This document shows positions 56,479 to 64,000 of a stretch of 64,000 nt of DNA, piece after piece (the stretch's first letter is position 1; the number at the start of each line of letters is the position of its first letter). The position numbers and the translations under genes were made by a program. The DNA is from Eledone cirrhosa (taxonomy: Eukaryota): assembly GCA_964016885.1 (NCBI GenBank), contig OZ024743.1:87048001-87112000 (forward strand). Direction: 5' to 3'. The notes beneath the pieces were generated by a model that was given only the letters and a program-made list of their open reading frames with translations, did no database searches and was not told the DNA's origin.

Positions 56479-57538
56479 AAACAGCCTCTAACTTCTCACC
56501 TATCAGCAATTGTTTACATCATATTATTATTCTGACTAATTTCTGAGTAATTTTGTTTTTTAAACAATAATTGTTTCTACAAGGCCATCAATTATCCCAG
56601 TACATTACTGGTACTTTATTTTATCGACCCCGTAAGGATGAAGGCAAAGTTAACGTCGGCGGGATTTGAACTCAGAATGAAAAGGGCCGTAACTCTTTGC
56701 TGCAAAGCATGGCGTCCGACCCTCTACCGATACTGCCAATCCACCGCCACCGTTTTTTAAACAATAATGGTTTCTGATTTAGGCACAAGGCCAACAATTT
56801 GGGGGGAGGGAGGAGAAAGTCGATTAAATCAACCCCCCAGTGCGTTACTGGTACTTTATTTTATCGACTCCGTAAGGATGAAAGGCAAAGCTAACCTCGG
56901 CGGGATTTGAATTCAGAACGTAAGCGGCCGCAACTCTATGCTGCTAAGCATGTTGTCTGACGCTATACAGAATCGGCCAATACACCGCCTCTTAAATAAT
57001 AATAACTCGTAGACCCGTGCAGTCAATAATGACCGTAATAGCATTGAATGTGTTAATTCTTGGATCCCATGATTGGATATATGACTAATCAACCATACAA
57101 ACTGGGAAATTTGCATTTTGATAAATTTACGGTTTGCATAAGAGAAACCCTAGAGTTTATGTTGATTACTGACACGTGGAAATGACTATATATAAAAACG
57201 ATATTTTGATTAATTTATTTCTAGAATTTAATTACATAAATGTCGAGTATGTATATAATATACAAATGACAAACCGGATTAAATGTTTGAGTAATTTTGG
57301 AGAAATAACTATTTACAGGGACAAAGGTAGGGACCAACGCTAGCCCCTGTGACTGAAAAGTGAATTTTTCTATTGCAACAATATGACTGATATAAGAAAT
57401 ACATTGGGTGTATGAGTGTTTGTGTGTGTGAATTTTAAAGGGTTATAGACGAAAGGTATATATAAATATAGAAATATACGTGGTGTAGTATCTACTAATA
57501 TAATAGCCTTGTGTATTTGTCCGACACACACTAGAGAT

Positions 57539-57731
57539 GACTGAGAAAGGAATGAGTGATTATGTCGACTGAGGAAGGAAGGGGTGATAATGTCGACTGA
57601 GAAAGGAAGGGGTGATTATGTCGACTGAGGAAGGAAGGGGTGTTTATATCGACTGAGGAAGGAAGTGGTGATTATGTCGACTGAGGAAGGAAGGGGTGTC
57701 TAATATACACACATCTATGTGATGACTGAGG
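57539..57731. repeat. 28-bp minisatellite, ~5-6 copies
   Basis: Unit gactgaggaaggaaggggtgattatgtc. Confidence 0.9.
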
Positions 57732-57739
57732 AACACACC

Positions 57740-59470
57740 CATCATTTACTTCCTCCCCAAGATACATAAACCCAATAATCCCGGTCGTCCTATCGTTTCC
57801 ACTTGCAACTGCCCTACTGATATAATCTCACAATACCTTGACACCTCCTCGCTCCCATAGTCACCGACCTCCCCTCCTATACCCACGACACTAATCATGC
57901 TTTTTGACTGTTCAACTCCTTCTCCTTCTCTCCTGGACACTCTTGCATTTTCTTCATCCTGGACATCACCTCTCTCTACACCGTCATTCTTCTCGTTGAC
58001 AGCCTCCACGCTCTCCGACACTTCTTGGACTTACGCTCTACACCCCACCCTAGCACTTCCACTCTTCTCCGCCTTGCTGAGCTCCTCACTCTCAATGATT
58101 TTTCCTTTTCCGGAAAGTTTTACCAGCAGGTCTCTGGGGAAGCCATGGGAACCAGAATGGGTCCGAACTACGCCAACCTCTGCGTTGGCTACGTTGAGGC
58201 CCAGATCTTCTCTCAGCACACTGGACCCAGCCCTGAACGATACGGTCATTATATTCACGAGTATATCGGCACTACCTATCTCTTCCGTAAACAGCTTGAT
58301 TCCTTTCTTTCCTTCGTCCAGCCTTTTCATCCTGCCATCACCTTCACCCCTACGTCTCCGATTCTTCCGTCCAATATCTCGACATCTCTGTCTCTCTGTC
58401 TATCAACCACATTCCCAACACCCTCACTACCTCTATCTTCTATAAATACACTGATTCACACTACTATTTCGACTTCACCTTCTCCCACTCCACCCAGACA
58501 AACCTCTCCATACCCTACTCCTAATTCCTCTGCAGCTAGGACCATGACTTTGAGATCCAGTCTCAACGCATGGCTTCTCGCTTCATCCAGTGTGGATATC
58601 CCACCACCGTCATTCAAGCTTCCCTTACCCGCACCCGTGATACTGACCGCACAGCAGTCCTCTTACACACCGACCACCCCGCCTTTCTTTTCTCCCGCCT
58701 TTCTTTCCTCCCTCACCTATCACCCCTCTACCTACTCCTACGGGACTGTAACCTTCATTGCTTCCGAACCCTCATTTCTGACACCGTTACTTCTCGCATC
58801 CTTCCTACCTTTCCATCACAACCTTTAAACGCGCCTGTAATCTCTGTGACCTTCGTGGGCACAGTTCTTTTTCCCCTTTCCCTATAACTTCACCTGAATC
58901 CTGCTACTGCTCCTGTCCCCGCTCTAATACATGTTCCTACATAACAAACCTCACCACCCTCACAGGTACGAAGCATTCTTTTCGCATTCGCCACTCCTTC
59001 CCCCCGCACCTCTACCAACGTCGTCTATGCCCTCCAGTTTTTCCTTTGCGGGCTCATATACATCAGACAAACATACCGCCGTCTGGCGGACACCTGAGGG
59101 ACATACGACTGGGAAAAGACATCCATGTCGCTCGCACAAACAAACGGAAAACCTACCAACGCACACACACACATATACACACACACACTAACTCACACAC
59201 GCACACATCCACATAAAATATACAATTACCTCCCTTTCTAAACCTCTTTAGTACTTAAAATACCCACTGACCGGCACTTCTCCCACATGGTCACTCAATA
59301 CACACGTGTTTTTCATCAAAAGAGGTGTTTCTGTTCCTGCCTCTTCCCACTCTATCTTTCTAGTTCATCTTTTATTTCTCATTCGATGTTCTGATGAAGG
59401 ACTAGCGTCCAAAACGTTAATACTTGTTTCTAGTATATCAAGTGTCAAACTAATATAATATACTAAACGT
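57740..59470 (+). pseudogene. Decayed PLE (Neptune/Poseidon-like RT plus GIY-YIG remnant) ending in a family E HHR
   Basis: YFLPKIHKPNNPGRPIVSTCNCPT, LDITSLYT, FYQQVSGEAMGTRMGPNYANL, TSTNVVYA..CGLIYI; HHR at 59387-59422. Confidence 0.88.
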
Positions 59471-59498
59471 CTATATATATATAATGCGTGTGTGTGTT

Positions 59499-59581
<83 letters not shown>

Positions 59582-59813
59582 GTAACAAACGGCACAGTAC
59601 ATGGAAGAAATATATTAGTTTAACGCTTGAAATATCAAGTAGAGAGGCTTAACGTTTCAGACACTAGTCCTTCATCAGAAGATAGGGTTTGAAATAGAAG
59701 ATAAATAGAAAGTAAAGAGTGGTGAGAGGAAGAAACAGGAAATATGATGAGAAAAATAGGGGAGAAAAAAAACACACGTGCGTTTTCAGTCGGCCATCAC
59801 ATACACACTAAGA

Positions 59814-59902
<89 letters not shown>

Positions 59903-60082
59903 CAGGTAAAATTCCATTATAACGAATTTTTCAGTATAACGAAATTTTTTCAATCCCCAATATAATAACAAATCAACGCTCGGTTTGTTTCGGTCGATCT
60001 CGTTATAAAGAATTTTTTGTTATAAAGAATTTTTTATTACAAAGAATTTTTTATACCCCGTGAAATTCGTTATAACGGAATT

Positions 60083-60088
<6 letters not shown>
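59903..60088. mobile_element. pogo/Tc1-type MITE with TA flanks
   Basis: TIRs caggtaaaattccattataacgaattt / aaattcgttataacggaatttcacta, with internal [15 protein letters not shown] repeats. Confidence 0.7.
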
Positions 60089-60131
<43 letters not shown>

Positions 60132-60140
<9 letters not shown>

Positions 60141-60389
60141 GAAACACACAGATACATGCGGACACACACATATATACATGAATGCATCCGCACCCAACTG
60201 TGAGTTAAGGGTGCCAACTTCACCGATGTTGCTCAATGAATGACCGGGACAGACCAATTCAAATTGGTCTGTCCCGGTCATTCATTGAGCAACATCGGTG
60301 AAGTTGGCACCCTTAACTCACAGTTGGGTGCGGATGCATTCATGTATATATGTGTGTGTCCGCATGTATCTGTGTGTTTCTAAATATAT
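60132..60389. repeat. Perfect palindrome, ~128-bp arms, 2-nt spacer
   Basis: Centre gacagaccaatt-ca-aattggtctgtc; no mismatch seen by eye. Confidence 0.95.
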
Positions 60390-60814
60390 TGTTAACAACT
60401 CCCTCTGGTCGAGCAATCTTTGAAGTGTGGGGACAACTGGAAAGCTTCCATTACTCATACTTCTAGCCTTCTTCACCACCTCTTCTGCGGCCTCGATATG
60501 AATACCTCCTCCGCCTCCGTGGTATTTTCTTCGTGGTTATAGGAGGCTTAGCTCTGTTTCTCGACCGTTATATCGCGTGACTATCTCCCCCTCCGCCTTT
60601 TGGGATTCTTTCTCACGTCGTGTAGACGCGTTCTTGAGACTAGTAAAATGAGGTACCCACCTGATAAGTCGGCAGACCTCGCAGGGACTCTATATCTTTA
60701 TGATATATTGTTTTTGTTTATGCCACGAAACTACGTAGTCGAGGAATTTAGGAACAGTTTAGGTATGATACATTTTATTACTAATTATATCTAAATGTTT
60801 CTTCTCTCTTCATA

Positions 60815-60883
<69 letters not shown>

Positions 60884-60978
60884 TATTTATTAAAATAACA
60901 GATTAAAGTTTAAGCAAAGAATCGCTGCTTTAACTCTTAACGGGATCTTTGGATTTTAGTCTTCAAATTTATTATTAT

Positions 60979-61041
<63 letters not shown>

Positions 61042-61047
61042 AGTATG

Positions 61048-61144
<97 letters not shown>

Positions 61145-61184
61145 ATATATATATATGAATATATATATATATGTGTGTATATAT

Positions 61185-64000
61185 ATTGTTATACTTGGGG
61201 AGGGTCATACTTGTTTAATAATATTGCCAGAATTAATAACAGAACACACTCACTGTTTGGTTGGTTTTCGCTTCTGTGTCCTTTATATCGGTTAATTTAA
61301 TCTATTCGGTCCTCAATGTTACCATTGACTGACCAACGGTCAAAAATACAGATACAATATAGACACAAACACATATATATATATAGTCTAACAAAGTTCT
61401 TTCGTTGCACATCTGCAACATCGTCAGTGGTGCTATTATGTTTCCTCCCGTTGCATTGTATGCCTACGCCATCTTTATTTAGTCTGTTTATTTATTTATT
61501 TATTTGTTTATTTTTTTATCTTCTCTGCGCATGCGTTTGCGTGTGTGTATAGTGTTTTGTTTGGTGTGTGTTCGTGTTTGGGTGACTGTGTATTGGTTAT
61601 TGTATTCCATCTTAGTTTACTAGTGTGTGTTTATATGTGTTTGTTGTTATTGTGCTTGTGTATGTATTTATTTATTTATTTATTTATTTATTTATACTTC
61701 TCTTGGGTCAGTGTTGTTTGTTTGGGTGTTGTTGTTATTCCATTCATTTTTTCTGATTAGCCTTGGCCTTCTAAGTTCTATTTCGCTGGCCTCTCTGATT
61801 TGCCTATCTGCTGGGTTATTTCTATGTTTATATATTATTCTAATTTCTATGTTGTCTATGTTACCGTCGTGTTGTTGTCTGGCATGTTCGTATAGTACTG
61901 AACCGCTTTTTCGTCCTTTTAGTTCCCCGCTGTGTTGGTCTATCCTTTCACCTATGCTACGAGCTGTTTCGCCTATGTATGTTGTGGTCATGTTTCTGTA
62001 AGTACCCTCTGTACATCTTATGCTATAGACTACGTTTCTAGTTTTACAGTTTATCCGGGGGTTTACTTTACATATGATACATTTCCTATTAGTAGAATGG
62101 GTTTTCTTAAAGGGGTAGGTTTTGCTGATCAGGGATTTTATGGTGCTTCCTGGCTTTTCTACCACCTTAATCTTTAAGTGGGTCTTTCTCAGGGCCTTTC
62201 TACACTGGTTAGCTAAGTTCCCTCTAGGGGTAGCGTCCACAAACATGACACTCTGGTATCTCTGGTTGTCGTACCATGAGGTGGCTTTACCTATCTTATG
62301 TCTAGTCCTATCTAAGCTATTCCATGATTTGCTCCTGTATAATGGGCAAATTCCTTTCATGTCCAGTTCTATGAGGGTCTTATACTTCTCCGTCGCTCCT
62401 TTGTATACTCTGAATCTGTCTCTTTGGTTGTAACCAGAGAACTGCATGCGGTTGATGAAGTATTGGATGTGTATTTCCATTTCTGTTGGGTCGCACATGC
62501 GAGACACGTTCTTCATCACTCGTACCAAGTCTGCGATCAGAATATTAAACTTAGCACTACTGGACATTGCTGAGTTTTTGAGTATCAGGTATTTGGAGGC
62601 CATGGGTTTAGCATAGTGTGAGTGGAGAATTTGGGCTCTCTCGTCTATAGTGTTAATCCAGAGTTCCGTGTCTAATATAGGTAGTCTATTGTTAGGGTGT
62701 TTGGAAAGGTAGTCGATAGTTACAGTTATACTCTGGTGCATGGAATTAGCTATCTGCTGGATGCTTTCCATTGTGCTACGTTCTAAATCAAACTTGTTAG
62801 TGCTCTCTTGTGGCGATGTCCTTATTACTATATTGATGTCGTCTACGTAACGAGAGTACATGATGAGGTCTATGGAGCTCTCATCAAGGAGATCTTTGAG
62901 TCTCCTTTCCCACCATACTATAAAAAGGTTGGCAACGTCACCAGCTATGCTGACGCCAATGGCTGCTCCCTCGTTTTGGGTGTAGATCTTCTCGTTGAAC
63001 TTGAATATGTGGCCCTTTAGGGTAGTTTTGATACTAGCCCCTATTGCATGTGCGACCATTTTTCTTACCTGATCATTGTTTTGGGGGTCCGTATAGCTTT
63101 GGTCCACCAAATCCACCTTCCCATGGGGGTCCTTTTTGCCATTGAGGTTATGGTGGGGGTTCTACCTCTTATGGGTCTACTGGGGCAGAAACGTCTAAGG
63201 ACATGGCTGTCTAGGTAGTCAATGTCGTAGGTAAGTCTAAGTAGGAGGCCCAGTTCGTCTGTGTCGACGTCGCAGAACTCCACCTCACTCTCAATGATCA
63301 TCTTCACACATTTTTCCACAGCAAAATCAATGTTAATGGATAGGTACAGTGATACCACATCCATACTGCCTATTATGCAGTTGGATAGGTTCCTGTTTTT
63401 GTTGCACTCACTGATTCTGCTGAGGAGGTCCTCTGTACTGTCACATACATATGGGGACATCTTGATTATGGGGCGTATAACCATTGAGAGGAAGTAGGAG
63501 ATCCTGTAGTTGCTAGCGATATTTGCTCCGCATACAGGTCTTGTTCGTGGTCCTGTTATCGGGGCGTTATCCTGTCTTGTCGAAGGTGGTAGAAAAGCCA
63601 GGAACCACCATAAAATCCCTGATCAGCAACACCTACCCTTTTAAAGTAAAGGCAAAACCGACTCTTGTAAATTAAAACCCCGGATAAACTGTAAAACTAG
63701 AAACGTAGTCTATAGCATAAGATGTACAGAGGGTAGTTGCAGAAACATGACAACAACAAACATAGGCGAGACAGCTCGTAGCATAGGTGAAAGGATAGAC
63801 CAACACTGAGGTGAACTAAAAGGACAAAAAAACGGTTCAGTACTATACAAACATGCCAGACAACAACACGACGGAACATAGACAACATAGAAATTAGAAT
63901 AATATCTAAACATAGAAATGACCCAGCAGATAGGCAAATCAGAGAGGCCAGCGAAATAGAACTTAGAAGGCCAAGGCTAATCAGAAAAAATGAATGGAAT
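61185..64000 (-). mobile_element. Penelope-like element, 5'-truncated at ~63580, with an inverted 3' duplication at 63582-64000 and an HHR at 61385-61435
   Basis: 63582-64000 is the reverse complement of ~61737-62167. The terminal repeat matches 12988-13600 and 41400-41930. Confidence 0.93.
61692..63550 (-). pseudogene. PLE RT + GIY-YIG endonuclease ORF, frameshifted near 63100
   Basis: TRPVCGA, GSMDVVSLYLSI, YTQNEGAAIG, YSRYVDD, LPILDTELW, C..C...CKTRNVVYSIRC..YIGETARSIGERIDQH..RQIREA. Confidence 0.93.

Overview
This is repeat-saturated, AT-rich animal genomic DNA. The SINE families resemble octopus/cephalopod ones, which is an inference from recognition only. There is no intact host gene; one Pro-rich terminal exon is possible. 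Most ORF-track entries are microsatellite translations. The window holds (TA)n/(CA)n/(GA)n/trinucleotide microsatellites, 28-, 34- and 50-bp minisatellites, about a dozen tRNA-type SINEs, decayed LINEs (RTE, R4/Dong-like, CRE-like), MITEs and at least three Penelope-like element (PLE) coding lineages. The main signal is about 40 type-I hammerhead-ribozyme (HHR) motifs, read by eye, from roughly 15-20 distinct sequence families and nearly all in short modules inserted into (TA)n tracts. They include two tandem retrozyme-like arrays (429-bp and 339-bp units), a family with compensatory stem-I changes, and a fixed non-canonical CAGAAGA core. Unrelated families share a TTGAGYRCT motif downstream of the HHR, and fold-back palindromes are frequent. 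All RNA structures were paired by hand; nothing was computed or tested.
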